A stretch of 64,000 nucleotides of DNA from IMG/VR virus record IMGVR_UViG_2847048067_000002, one strand, 5' to 3'. The notes beneath the pieces were generated by a model that did no database searches, was not told the DNA's origin, and saw only the letters and a list, made by a program, of their open reading frames with translations. Below are positions 16,803-27,015 of this stretch, piece after piece. Source of the DNA: a virus. The translations under genes were made by a program, and so were the position numbers. Numbering within the stretch: position 1 is the stretch's first letter; each line of letters opens with the position of its first letter.

Positions 16803-19800
16803 ATGGCGGGAGCATTAGGTAGATTAAATATTGATTTGACGCTGAATACGGCAAATTTCACAAATGCGATCAACCGTAGCCAGCGCCAAACAGAACAATT
16901 CGGGCAAAGTATTTGCGTCAGTCTTCAAGCTATCACCGTACAACAAGAGCGAATGGTATCGCAAACCGCAAAATCCTCGGCGCTCTTTACTCGTTTTGCG
17001 AGCGTCGCAGCAAGTGCATTATCTGTACGGCAAGTGATTAATTATGCTGATAGTTGGACGGAATTACAGAATCGACTGAAATTAGTCACAGATAGCACTC
17101 AATCGCTAAACAGAGCGACCAATGATGTTTATACCATTGCCCAAAAAACCTATCAATCATTGGATGCCACAGCACAAGTTTATCAACGTTTTGCGGATAA
17201 TGCCGACCGTTTAGGCTTAAGTCAGCAAAAAGTGGCCGAACTCACGGAAACTGTCTCAAAAGCCGTGGCGATTTCAGGCGCGAGTGCCACCGCAGCCCAA
17301 GCGGCATTAACTCAATTTGGTCAAGCATTAGCCTCGGGTCAGTTACGTGGCGAAGAGCTAAATTCAGTGATGGAGCAAACCCCTGCGTTAGCGAAAGCCA
17401 TCGCTGACGGAATGGGTGTCAGTGTGGGTGAACTAAGGAAGAAAGCCCAAGACGGTGAAATGACGATAGAGAAAGTCATTCAAGCCTTAGAACGTGCAGC
17501 TGACAGTGTGGATAAAAAATTTGCTACCAGCGTGACAACGGTTAGCCAAGGTTTCACTAATCTTCAATCGGCGATAACAAAATTTATCGGTGAAGCGAAT
17601 CAAGGTACAGGTGCGACTCAGCTTTTTACCAAAGGGATGACCACTCTTACCGATAATCTATCGTTAGTCGCTAAAGTGGTTGAAGGGATCGCCGTCACGG
17701 CATTGGTAGCAAAACTTTCTCAATGGACGAAAGCCACTTATCTGAAAAATCAGACAACGTTGAATGAAGCCAAAGCCACATTACAGAGTGCAGAGGCAAA
17801 CAGTGTGGCAGCAACCAGTGCCGTGAGGAAGGCATGGGCAGATAAAGAAGCCGCCACATCGGCGCTCAATAGAGCCAAAATGGAATATCAAGTTGCTAGA
17901 GGCACTAACGCGGAAAAAATCGCACTCGATAACCTTATCGCCACAAAGTCACTCGCAAGAACAGCCTCTTTAAACTATACACAGGCATTAACCGCAGAAA
18001 ACGTTGCTCAACGTGCATTAACGACCGCTCGGCGTCAATCAACGGTGGCGGGGCGAGCGCTCAACAGTGTTATGGGATTAGCGGGTGGCCCTATTGGATT
18101 AGTGTTGACCGGTGTGGCGGCATTGGGCATGGGACTGTATGAATACAGCGAAAATGTCAAACAAGCCAAACTCGAATCGATTGAATTTGCCAATTCTCTT
18201 GATACATCAACAGAAGCGTTAAACAAAATGAGCAATGCCACGTTAGTGGCGAATTTAAGCAAAGTTTCATCGGGCATTAACGCGCAATTGGAGAAAATCG
18301 AGGAACTTAAACAACAGGTTATTTCCTTACAAGGTCTATCAAAATACAGCGTTGAGAGTGAAAAGGCGTTTACTGAACAAGGTGTGGGGGATTTATACCT
18401 TAAACGAGTAGCTGAAAAGCAAAAAGAGCTTGATGCTGCGATGGGGACATATGCAGAGCAAGTTAATAACTTAGAGCGTCAGCGAGCCAATATGCAAAAT
18501 ATGTTGGCGACACTCAAAGAAAAAGTGGGCGATCAAGCCCCTGAATATAGACGCTATGCCACCGAATTACAAAATGTTGATGCCGTTATCAATTCACTTA
18601 AGGCGAGTTTAAAGAGTTTAGGCATTGAATATGAATCACTCATTGATATCACGCTTCAGGCGACAAATAGCCAAGTGAATGCCGCCACGGCGATTGCTAA
18701 ACAGATTGATGAATCGATTGAAAAATCGCAACGTTCAGTGGCAAAAGCGCAAGCCACAGGGAAGGCATTAGCGAAATTAAATGCAGAAGATGTATTGGCT
18801 TCACGCAAAATTACGCCAGATATGCAAGGCTACGATAAAGCCTTACAAGCGGAAATTGAGGCACAACTGGCACAGCAAGCCAAACGGACGTATAAGCCCA
18901 GCCATAAATCAACCATTGATTATGCCAAACAGTACACCAAAATCTTGACGGAATTAGAGGAAAAACAAGCCTCACTGATTGCGGATGGGCAAAGTATTCA
19001 GCGGTATGGCACTACCTCTTCCTTTAATGAATACACATCCGCCTTAGCCGATATCAAACAGAATAAAGATAAGTTTGATGCCATCTTAAAAATCGATCCC
19101 AACGCCATTGAGACGATCAAAGAAAAAGCGAAAGCCATTGATGACTTAGCGCGTGCCAATTCGGTCGCGCAATTTGCTTATGATCGCGGTAAAGAAATTG
19201 AGCAGATGCAATTTGAAACCACCCTGATAGGAAAATCACGCGCAGAGCAAGAAAAGCTTAATGCCCTTCGTCAGATTGATGTGCTGTATCAGCAAGCCAG
19301 TGTGGATTTAGGTGAGAAAGAGCTGGCGAACTTACAACGTAATGTTGAACTCACTAAACAGCAGATTGAGGAAGAACTGAGGAAGCGAGAGGCCATGAAA
19401 GGTGATCCGATGGTGGGATTAAAACAAGGCTTATCGGATTTCAGTGAGTCAGCCATGGATGTGATGGAGAACGTCAGAAACGTCACTACCAATGCGCTTA
19501 ATAATATGTCTGATGCGTTAGCCGATTTTGCTTTAACGGGGAAAGGAAGCTTTAAAGATTTTGCCAATGCGGTGATCTCCGATATCACTCGAATGGTGAT
19601 GAAAATGCTGGTTTTCAAAGCCATTGAAGCAGGCGGGCAGGCAATGGGCTTTGATATGGGATGGATGAGCAAAGGGCATGCTTATGGTGGCTATACGGGG
19701 CATGGCGGGAAATTCGAACCTAAAGGGATTGTACATGGTGGCGAGTTTGTTTTTACCAAAGAAGCGACGGCTAAATTGGGTGTCGGCAATCTCTATCGCT

Positions 19801-20078
19801 TAATGCATGCGGCGCAAGGTTATGCTTCGGGGGGCTTTGTGGGGGCGGTCGCAGGGCGAATACCGATTACACCGCAACCGACGTTAGCCCGTGCAGGCGG
19901 GGTGCAAATGACGGTCGTTAATCATATTACGGTGACAGGAAATGGTGACGCTGTACTTGCTCAAGCAATGAAAGAAGCCGCACAACAAGGGACAGAAGCA
20001 GGCGCACAGAAAGCTCACGCGATGATGTTACAAGACTTTCAAAGTAATGGCGCAGCACGCAGAACATTAGGAGTTTAA
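16803..20078 (+). CDS. Tape measure protein
   Basis: About 1090 aa, Ala-rich; QFGQALASGQLRGEELNSVMEQTP; GGYTG..GKFEPKGIVHGGEFVF; ATG 16803 preferred. Confidence 0.95.
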   Translation: MAGALGRLNIDLTLNTANFTNAINRSQRQTEQFGQSICVSLQAITVQQERMVSQTAKSSALFTRFASVAASALSVRQVINYADSWTELQNRLKLVTDSTQSLNRATNDVYTIAQKTYQSLDATAQVYQRFADNADRLGLSQQKVAELTETVSKAVAISGASATAAQAALTQFGQALASGQLRGEELNSVMEQTPALAKAIADGMGVSVGELRKKAQDGEMTIEKVIQALERAADSVDKKFATSVTTVSQGFTNLQSAITKFIGEANQGTGATQLFTKGMTTLTDNLSLVAKVVEGIAVTALVAKLSQWTKATYLKNQTTLNEAKATLQSAEANSVAATSAVRKAWADKEAATSALNRAKMEYQVARGTNAEKIALDNLIATKSLARTASLNYTQALTAENVAQRALTTARRQSTVAGRALNSVMGLAGGPIGLVLTGVAALGMGLYEYSENVKQAKLESIEFANSLDTSTEALNKMSNATLVANLSKVSSGINAQLEKIEELKQQVISLQGLSKYSVESEKAFTEQGVGDLYLKRVAEKQKELDAAMGTYAEQVNNLERQRANMQNMLATLKEKVGDQAPEYRRYATELQNVDAVINSLKASLKSLGIEYESLIDITLQATNSQVNAATAIAKQIDESIEKSQRSVAKAQATGKALAKLNAEDVLASRKITPDMQGYDKALQAEIEAQLAQQAKRTYKPSHKSTIDYAKQYTKILTELEEKQASLIADGQSIQRYGTTSSFNEYTSALADIKQNKDKFDAILKIDPNAIETIKEKAKAIDDLARANSVAQFAYDRGKEIEQMQFETTLIGKSRAEQEKLNALRQIDVLYQQASVDLGEKELANLQRNVELTKQQIEEELRKREAMKGDPMVGLKQGLSDFSESAMDVMENVRNVTTNALNNMSDALADFALTGKGSFKDFANAVISDITRMVMKMLVFKAIEAGGQAMGFDMGWMSKGHAYGGYTGHGGKFEPKGIVHGGEFVFTKEATAKLGVGNLYRLMHAAQGYASGGFVGAVAGRIPITPQPTLARAGGVQMTVVNHITVTGNGDAVLAQAMKEAAQQGTEAGAQKAHAMMLQDFQSNGAARRTLGV

Positions 20079-20675
20079 ATGTCTATTCTTGAATGGCCAA
20101 AAGCGGTGATCCCCATACAGGAAAACTGGCAATTATTGAGTAACAGCAAAACCTTTACCTCGCCATTTAATGGAAGTAGCCAGACGGTACGCTTTCCAGG
20201 AAGTCGTTGGCGTTGTGAGCTGACATTTAATAATTTAAATGAAGAGAAATCGCGCCAGTTAGAAGCGCTAGTGGCTTCATTGGATGGCATGTCGGGACGG
20301 GTCAAAATATCAAGCTGGATAAGAAAAGGGCGTTATGGGTATGGTTCGCCTCGTATTGCAATACCGAGTCAATTGGGTAATCGGCTAGAAACAAAGGACT
20401 GGAAGCGCAATATGCGCGTATTACAGCAAGGGGATCGCTTAACTGTGGGTAATGAACTCAAAATGGTGGTGGCGGATGTGGTCAGTGATAATCAAGGACA
20501 TGCCATTATTCTTATTTCGCCGATGTTAAGAACATCACCTACCGTCAATGAAATGCTCGAGGTTGAGCGTCCTTTTGGGGTTTTTCGGCTCGTTGATAAT
20601 GAACAGGGTAAATTTCAGCATCGTCGCTTGGGGTATACCTATATCACGTTATCTTTTGAGGAGGTGTTGTACTAA
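20079..20675 (+). CDS. Minor tail (distal tail-like) protein
   Basis: FTSPFNGSSQTVRFPGSRW; immediately after TMP. Confidence 0.7.
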   Translation: MSILEWPKAVIPIQENWQLLSNSKTFTSPFNGSSQTVRFPGSRWRCELTFNNLNEEKSRQLEALVASLDGMSGRVKISSWIRKGRYGYGSPRIAIPSQLGNRLETKDWKRNMRVLQQGDRLTVGNELKMVVADVVSDNQGHAIILISPMLRTSPTVNEMLEVERPFGVFRLVDNEQGKFQHRRLGYTYITLSFEEVLY

Positions 20676-21256
20676 TGCAATATCATCCATTTTCTGACGC
20701 CATGGTCAACGTGATTAATGAGGGGGCTTATATCGTCTTAGCCGCCAGACTCGATTTGAAATCAGGCGTCACCTGTGCGCATACTGGTGTTGGGCAACTG
20801 ATTATTGCGGGGGAAACTTATTTGGGCGTGGGCAGTTTAGGCGAAATCAGTCAGCTAAAAGAAAATAAGACAACCAGTCCTCCACAATTACAGCTTAAAT
20901 TAGCCGGTTTTGATAAATCGCTGGTGGGAATGGTGATGAATGAGCAAAGTCGAGGACGCGAAGTCCGGTTGATGATGGTCGCCATCAGTGAAGAGGGAAA
21001 ACCGTTGCTTGCTGAAGTCTTATTTGTCGGACAAATCACATCGATTAATGTAGTGTCTGGCGAAGAAAATGCCGTATGTGTTAATGTTTCTAATCGATTC
21101 GAACGATGGTCAATCGGTTTACCCGATAGATTTACCGATGAGTCGTGGTCATCTCGAAGACAAGGTGATCGCATCTTTCGCTATGTCGCTCAAATGGCTG
21201 AACGGGCGATTTATTGGGGCAGCAAGAAAGATGCACCTGCATTTATTTATAAGTAA
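20675..21256 (+). CDS. Minor tail/baseplate hub-like protein
   Basis: GETYLGVGSLG...GDRIFRYV; synteny. Confidence 0.7.
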   Translation: MQYHPFSDAMVNVINEGAYIVLAARLDLKSGVTCAHTGVGQLIIAGETYLGVGSLGEISQLKENKTTSPPQLQLKLAGFDKSLVGMVMNEQSRGREVRLMMVAISEEGKPLLAEVLFVGQITSINVVSGEENAVCVNVSNRFERWSIGLPDRFTDESWSSRRQGDRIFRYVAQMAERAIYWGSKKDAPAFIYK

Positions 21257-21267
21257 CAGGATTAGAA

Positions 21268-21573
21268 ATGAGAAAATTTCACTTAATTATCATTATGATT
21301 TGTTTTCATTTAGTTAGCATTCAAGCTGCTAATGCAGAGTCAATCTTAATTAGTACAGCTAAGTTAGTTTGTGAAGATAAAGAAACTCCAGAATTAGTGA
21401 AAAAGTGCAAGTTGATGGTATACAAAATTGGTGAGTCTTCATTTAATTTAGGCAAGGCAACAGCGGCTTGTGAGTTAGCCAAAAAAAATAATAAAGATTA
21501 TGATGGTGATCAAAAACGGGCATGTGAAGAAATTTTCAATATGGCTAAGGATTTTTTAACCATAACATATTGA
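21268..21573 (+). CDS. Exported Cys-containing hypothetical protein (AT-rich insert in tail operon)
   Basis: Signal peptide ending AANA; four Cys in the mature part; more AT-rich than neighbours. Confidence 0.6.
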   Translation: MRKFHLIIIMICFHLVSIQAANAESILISTAKLVCEDKETPELVKKCKLMVYKIGESSFNLGKATAACELAKKNNKDYDGDQKRACEEIFNMAKDFLTITY

Positions 21574-21604
21574 AATCATTTTTAAATAAGAAATATAACA
21601 TACC

Positions 21605-22003
21605 ATGAAACAACAAAACTGGACACTCCAGTTACCAGAAACGATAAGGGCGGCGATGAGTCGCCCTTTTTCATGGGGTGAATTTGATTGTTGTATTTTT
21701 GCCTCTGAATGTATTTACGCACAATGTGGTTTCTCTCCAATAAAGCCTTATCTCAATCACTATAAAACCAAAGCCGAAGCCTTCAACCTGCTCAAATCTA
21801 AATTTGGCTCCTTAGAGAAAGCCGTATCACGCTATTTCAAATCCATTGAGATTGAGCGCGTTCAGCGTGGCGACCTTGTACTGTTCAAAGGTGAGGACGG
21901 TGACAGTTTAGCGGTGGTCTGGGCGAGGCATTATTGGGGCGTAACCCCACAAGGCGTGAAGCCGGTGCAGATTAACCCAATCAAAGCGTGGAGAGTGGAA
22001 TAA
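21605..22003 (+). CDS. NlpC/P60-like tail assembly protein
   Basis: PFSWGEFDCCIFA and QRGDLVL motifs. Confidence 0.78.
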   Translation: MKQQNWTLQLPETIRAAMSRPFSWGEFDCCIFASECIYAQCGFSPIKPYLNHYKTKAEAFNLLKSKFGSLEKAVSRYFKSIEIERVQRGDLVLFKGEDGDSLAVVWARHYWGVTPQGVKPVQINPIKAWRVE

Positions 22004-25000
22004 TGGGTGGGAGTGGTGGATTAATTTCAAAAGTCGTGGGTGCGGGCTTAATGATTGCGGGGCTATTTACTGGAGGCGTCACCTCTGCGATGGGCATGGC
22101 GCTGATGGCAGCAGGCGTCGCGGTGCAAGTCGCAGGTTCGCTTATCTTTAAGCCTAAACTGCCTTCCATGAATTATCGAGATACCAGTGAACGCAAACAG
22201 ATGTTACGTTCATCGTCTGCCCCTGAAACCGTGATCGTCGGAAAAACAGTGATATCGGGTTTGCTTTTCTTCGCCGAAGAAGAGGCGGGTGAACAAGATG
22301 AAAACGAAAAAATCACACTGGCATTAGCGTTAGCAGGGCACCCCATAGAGAAAATTGGGAAGATCTGGTTAGGGGACGATTTAATTGAGACTTTTGGTGA
22401 TAAAGCCTCATGGGAATTACATAACGATAGGGAAGATGCCGCTCCCTTTATGCTTAAAAATTGCCCGTCATGGAAAGAGGATATGATTGGTCGAGGTCTA
22501 GCGTGGTTACGTGTGACACTCACGTTTGACCAAGAAAAATTCCCCTATGGATTACCCAATGTGAAATGTGAAGTTTGGGGAAAACATCTGTTTGATCCTC
22601 GCACTGGGCAAACTGTGTGGGGTAACAATGGGGTCTTAGTGATTTTGGATTATTACCGCCATTATTTAAAAGTACCTGATACGGATATTGACTTTGACAG
22701 CTTTAAACAGGCGGCCGATTTATGTGATGAAAAAGTGAGTCTGCCAGAAGGCGGATTTGAGCCGCGATATACCCTTAATGGCGCCTATGATTTAAATGAG
22801 AGTCCATCCAGTGTCTTGGAGGCGATGCACAAATGTATTAACGCGGAACCAACATTCACCGCAGGAAAACACGGTATTCAAATCGGCGCTTATTATGGGC
22901 CGGCAATAAAAACCATTACCGAATCACAATTGATTGGCACCGTCACGTGTACCCCTGAAACAGGATTAAAAGACGCGACCAATGCGGTGTATGGCACGTT
23001 TATTGATGCCGAACAGTTGTACACAAAAACGGATTTCACGCCTGTGATTGTAGACGAATGGGTGAAAGAGGATGGCTTAGAAATTCGAGAGAACATCGAC
23101 TATCGTTTTGTCACCAGCCCTTATCAAGCCCAACGATTAGCTCGCCAATATCTTCGCAAAAAGAAAGCGGGAAGACGGGTTCAACTCACGATGAACTTAG
23201 ACGGCTATGCTTATCGTCCGGGGGAAGTTGTGCTTTTAGCATTACCTTCTTTGGGGATTAGTGGGCTGGAATTCCGTATTGCCGAATGGTCTTTCCATGC
23301 ATTAGACGGTGTGGCTTTAACGTTGGAAGAGGATGGTGCCTATTTATATGAAGATGTGATTGGTAAACCGTTTGAGCGTCCACCGTTTGTGAGTTTACCC
23401 ACTGGCGGTGTTGCTTCCCCTATTAATCTTGCATTTGTTCCACTTGCCGTCAGTGACATTGTTCAAGGTATGCTTTCTTGGCAGAATGTGGCGTCTGATG
23501 TGCGCTACAACACGGTTAATATCCTTCAAAACGGTAGAGTGATTCAATCTATTCAGGTGCCGGGTGAGCGCGTTGATATTAACAGATTAGCACGAGGAAC
23601 TTATCGTGTTGAAGTTAGAGCGACGAATATGGCGGGGGCAATGTCGGCACCCGCTATCAGTGATTTTGCTATCCAAGCACCGCCAGCTCCCATTAAGGTT
23701 GATGTTACTTCGGGAATGTTCAGCCTCACCGTCTCGCCAAAACAAGGTGATAGTGCTGTCTTGGGTTATACCTTTGAGTTTTGGTTTAGTGAGGAAAAAC
23801 TCGCTAATCTTTCTGAAAATGAAGTGATCACCAAAACAAACAAAGTTGGCCAAGGGAATTTCTGGACGCAAGAGAATTTAAAAGCAGGACATACGTATTA
23901 TTTTTATGTTCGAACAATCAACAGCTATGGCAAATCACCTTTTGTGGAGGCTTCTGGTGTTTGCTCAGCTCAAACGGAGTTGCTTCTTGATGAATTAGCG
24001 GGGCAAATCAGCCGAGACCAACTCGCACAAGACTTATTGGGTGAAATTAACAGTAAAGCTAACCAAATCGATATTACTGAATTACATGAGTTAATGAGGA
24101 TAAATCACGACAAGCTTTTAGAAGAGTCAATGAGGCAAGGCGCGACGATTGAAGAAAGTGAAAAAAAATGGGAGGAGGCCGAAAAATTACTGGCTGAGCG
24201 GATAAATCAAGTTTCAACGGCAACAGAAGCACAGGCAGCCGCAATTAAACAAGAGCAACAAGCACGTATTGAGACTGATAAAACCGAAGCACAACAACGC
24301 CAATTCTTAGCCACTCAACTTCGTGGTGATTATACCGGTAATGATTTATCGAAAGTCACCGCAGGACTCATTTCCGCAGAGAAACAAGCACGTGTTACAG
24401 GCGACCAAGCAGAAGCGAAAGCCCGACAATCACTGGAAACACGGATGAATGGGAATGTTTCAGCGATTAATAAATCATTAGAAACCCTCACCTCGAAACA
24501 GCAAGCACAAACGCAAGAGATTTTAACGCTCAATTCAACTCTAAAAGGGAAAGCCGATAGCAGTGCAGTAAATGCGTTAAATACGCGAGTAACTAATCTC
24601 GATGGCAAAGTGATGTCCGCAACCTCTCAGGTACAAACGTTATCCAGCAAATTAGATACAGTGAAAGCCGATTTAACGGAGTCTGTGGTGGTGGATTTAG
24701 ATTTATCTAAACTCAATGAAAACACCTATTATCCGATTATTTTGCCATTAGTAACTTCTCGACGTTATGCCTTTAAGGTTTTTAGGACCTTAGGGCAATA
24801 TAGAGACAATAAACCGAGCTATGCGACTCACAATACCAAAGGTTTTGCCATGATTGTGGAATGGCAAGTGAGTGGTTCTGGATGGGGAACCCAGTCTGAA
24901 AACCGCATCATTGATAATTTTGATTGGCGATGGACAAATCAATCCCCTGTGATGGGGCCAGCTCAATTAACGAATGGTTCTGTGGAATATATCTATTTGC

Positions 25001-25728
25001 GAGGAGGTGCTAAATATCAGCTCACTAAGCATAAAAGTGTTAACCATCAAATTATCACCCGCACTTATACCAATAACAAACAATCGGTGGCACCAAAAGG
25101 ATTTGTGGCGAATGAAGTACCTAAGTCCAGCGAACAGAAAGCCAATGCAACGGCGAATGCGGTAAACCAACTTGAAACTAAGGTGACTGAGGTCTCAGGT
25201 AAAGTGACCTCTACCGCCCAGCAAGTCACTCGCCTTGAAAGCCAAGTGGGTACAAGTTCAGCCAAAATAGAGCAAACCTCGAAAGTGGTCACCGACATAA
25301 ATGGCAAAATTTCCGCATCATGGACAATGAAAGTTCAGCAAGATAGCAAAGGGAATAAAGTCATTACGGGCATTGGCTTAGGGTTTAATGCACAAGGAAA
25401 TAGCCAATTTCTGGTCAATGCCCAAAACTTTGCGGTGATATCGTCATTAAACGGCAAAGTGGTGACACCGTTTATCGTGAAGAATGGACAGGTGGTTATT
25501 CATGAAGCCTTAATGGATAAAGCGTGGATACAAAAATTAGTGGTACTCGATTATTTTAAATCATCAGGATTTGATAAAGGGAATGGCTTTTTATTGGATG
25601 CTAAAAACAATGTTTTTCGCTTTACGAGTGGTAATGGAGGGACAACATTAACCAATCAAAATTTATATGTAAAAGACGAAACTGGGTATAATGTTGTTAT
25701 TATTGGTGATATTACAAATGAGCGATAA
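22003..25728 (+). CDS. Tail tip/central fibre (host specificity, J-like) protein
   Basis: N-terminal TM-like segment, tail-tip domains, FN3-like repeats, coiled coil and ASWTMKVQ..GIGLG C-terminal domain; ATG 22003 preferred. Confidence 0.88.
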   Translation: MGGSGGLISKVVGAGLMIAGLFTGGVTSAMGMALMAAGVAVQVAGSLIFKPKLPSMNYRDTSERKQMLRSSSAPETVIVGKTVISGLLFFAEEEAGEQDENEKITLALALAGHPIEKIGKIWLGDDLIETFGDKASWELHNDREDAAPFMLKNCPSWKEDMIGRGLAWLRVTLTFDQEKFPYGLPNVKCEVWGKHLFDPRTGQTVWGNNGVLVILDYYRHYLKVPDTDIDFDSFKQAADLCDEKVSLPEGGFEPRYTLNGAYDLNESPSSVLEAMHKCINAEPTFTAGKHGIQIGAYYGPAIKTITESQLIGTVTCTPETGLKDATNAVYGTFIDAEQLYTKTDFTPVIVDEWVKEDGLEIRENIDYRFVTSPYQAQRLARQYLRKKKAGRRVQLTMNLDGYAYRPGEVVLLALPSLGISGLEFRIAEWSFHALDGVALTLEEDGAYLYEDVIGKPFERPPFVSLPTGGVASPINLAFVPLAVSDIVQGMLSWQNVASDVRYNTVNILQNGRVIQSIQVPGERVDINRLARGTYRVEVRATNMAGAMSAPAISDFAIQAPPAPIKVDVTSGMFSLTVSPKQGDSAVLGYTFEFWFSEEKLANLSENEVITKTNKVGQGNFWTQENLKAGHTYYFYVRTINSYGKSPFVEASGVCSAQTELLLDELAGQISRDQLAQDLLGEINSKANQIDITELHELMRINHDKLLEESMRQGATIEESEKKWEEAEKLLAERINQVSTATEAQAAAIKQEQQARIETDKTEAQQRQFLATQLRGDYTGNDLSKVTAGLISAEKQARVTGDQAEAKARQSLETRMNGNVSAINKSLETLTSKQQAQTQEILTLNSTLKGKADSSAVNALNTRVTNLDGKVMSATSQVQTLSSKLDTVKADLTESVVVDLDLSKLNENTYYPIILPLVTSRRYAFKVFRTLGQYRDNKPSYATHNTKGFAMIVEWQVSGSGWGTQSENRIIDNFDWRWTNQSPVMGPAQLTNGSVEYIYLRGGAKYQLTKHKSVNHQIITRTYTNNKQSVAPKGFVANEVPKSSEQKANATANAVNQLETKVTEVSGKVTSTAQQVTRLESQVGTSSAKIEQTSKVVTDINGKISASWTMKVQQDSKGNKVITGIGLGFNAQGNSQFLVNAQNFAVISSLNGKVVTPFIVKNGQVVIHEALMDKAWIQKLVVLDYFKSSGFDKGNGFLLDAKNNVFRFTSGNGGTTLTNQNLYVKDETGYNVVIIGDITNER

Positions 25729-26130
25729 TTATGGCATGGTAATCAAATCTAAAAAATATGGAATTAATTTATTAAATACATCCGATAGGGTTGGACGAAT
25801 TGTTGGTTGGCATGATATTACTCCAATACCACTTATGACTAAAAAAACTTTTAGTTATGACCATTCTGATCTAAATAAATATGGAGAAGTATTTGCTTGG
25901 TTTGGAACTTCTTTTATGAGGGGGTTAGCTGGAGATGTTATTTTAAATATTAATAACGGGGTAATTATTCTTGAACTCGATAATGTTTATAGAAATGGCT
26001 TAATCGATATATATGATGACATCATTAGGTTATATTATGGAGTATATTGATGGGTAAATATGGCATTATTATAAAAGGAAAGGATCGTCATATTCAAATA
26101 GATAGCTTTAATACGGTTATGAACTGTATT
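25628..26130 (+). repeat. Direct repeat with 63498-64000 (tail-tip C-terminus plus downstream genes)
   Basis: About 20 mismatches over about 500 bp by eye, mostly synonymous. Confidence 0.9.
25718..26050 (+). CDS. Tail-tip accessory protein
   Basis: ATG overlapping the J-like gene end; YGMVIKSKKYGINLLNT; near-identical to 63588-63920. Confidence 0.7.
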   Translation: MSDNYGMVIKSKKYGINLLNTSDRVGRIVGWHDITPIPLMTKKTFSYDHSDLNKYGEVFAWFGTSFMRGLAGDVILNINNGVIILELDNVYRNGLIDIYDDIIRLYYGVY

Positions 26131-26736
26131 AGAAAGCAGACTGTTGTAATGAAAGGTGGGATAGTATCTGGAAATCAAGGATATTATACTGAATTACCGA
26201 TTACCCCACATTTATCTACAAAGTTATTTGCTGTATCACCTAATAATGTTTTTGTTAAAGTTATTGGGGGAGCCATAAAAGGAAGTGATAAAAATATCCA
26301 GATATCCCAACCTTATAATGACTCTTCGGGTAGTGTTGATGTATTTGAATTTGGTGATTTTCCGAATAATATTTTTAAAGAAAAATATGGAGTCGTTATA
26401 AAAAATAGTAGTACAAAACAGACTGTTTATAACTCTAATTGGGGGGTGCTAAAAATAGTAGGATATTTTATTGCATCATGGAAAGAAGATATTGATTATC
26501 AATTACCAAATATAAAAGATTTAGCTTTCGTTTTTGGTGGCGGAATGGGAGGAATATGGGAAGATGGATTTGAAGGGGCTTGGATGGATACTTTTATTAA
26601 AAGAGTGGGAAATACGTTACAAGTAAGATATAAAGAAGCTGTTCTTTGGAGCACAGGCAGTGCAAATCGTGATTTATCTAGATTTCCATCTACTTGCTTA
26701 ATAATAGATGTGAGCGATATTAAGAAGGTATTATGA
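26050..26736 (+). CDS. Tail-tip accessory protein
   Basis: Repeated YG-I/V-I-K motif typical of genes after J in lambdoid phages. Confidence 0.65.
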   Translation: MGKYGIIIKGKDRHIQIDSFNTVMNCIRKQTVVMKGGIVSGNQGYYTELPITPHLSTKLFAVSPNNVFVKVIGGAIKGSDKNIQISQPYNDSSGSVDVFEFGDFPNNIFKEKYGVVIKNSSTKQTVYNSNWGVLKIVGYFIASWKEDIDYQLPNIKDLAFVFGGGMGGIWEDGFEGAWMDTFIKRVGNTLQVRYKEAVLWSTGSANRDLSRFPSTCLIIDVSDIKKVL

Positions 26737-26999
26737 AAAAAATAATTTTATTATCTATTGCGGTATTTATTTCAGGCTGTGTTGATAGAAAACCTATAAA
26801 TTATCAGACAGTGGAGTGTGTTGGTTTAATTAAAATTCAGACTATTGAAAAATATCAGAGTTTTAAATTAAGTCGCTATAATAATGATAATAATATGTAT
26901 TTTGGATACGGTAAAGCAGGTTTATGGCAAGGCGGTTGGGTTAGCCCTGATATGTTTGACAAAATATATTGCAAAGATAATTCACATATAAAAAAATAA
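26733..26999 (+). CDS. cor: Cor-like superinfection exclusion lipoprotein
   Basis: Lipobox ISGC, CxG, Y.G..W..WVS...F...CK pattern and position after tail-tip genes as in phi80/N15/HK022. Confidence 0.65.
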   Translation: MKKIILLSIAVFISGCVDRKPINYQTVECVGLIKIQTIEKYQSFKLSRYNNDNNMYFGYGKAGLWQGGWVSPDMFDKIYCKDNSHIKK

Positions 27000-27015
27000 A
27001 TTTAGGAAATAAATC

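Noticed and set aside
8210..25307. Numerous short antisense or alternate-frame ORFs inside head and tail genes of prophage 1
   Set aside because: Fully overlap well-supported genes and lack independent signals
25628..26130. Repeat pair as DGR template/variable region or shufflon
   Set aside because: No reverse transcriptase or invertase in the window; mismatches are mostly synonymous and not adenine-specific
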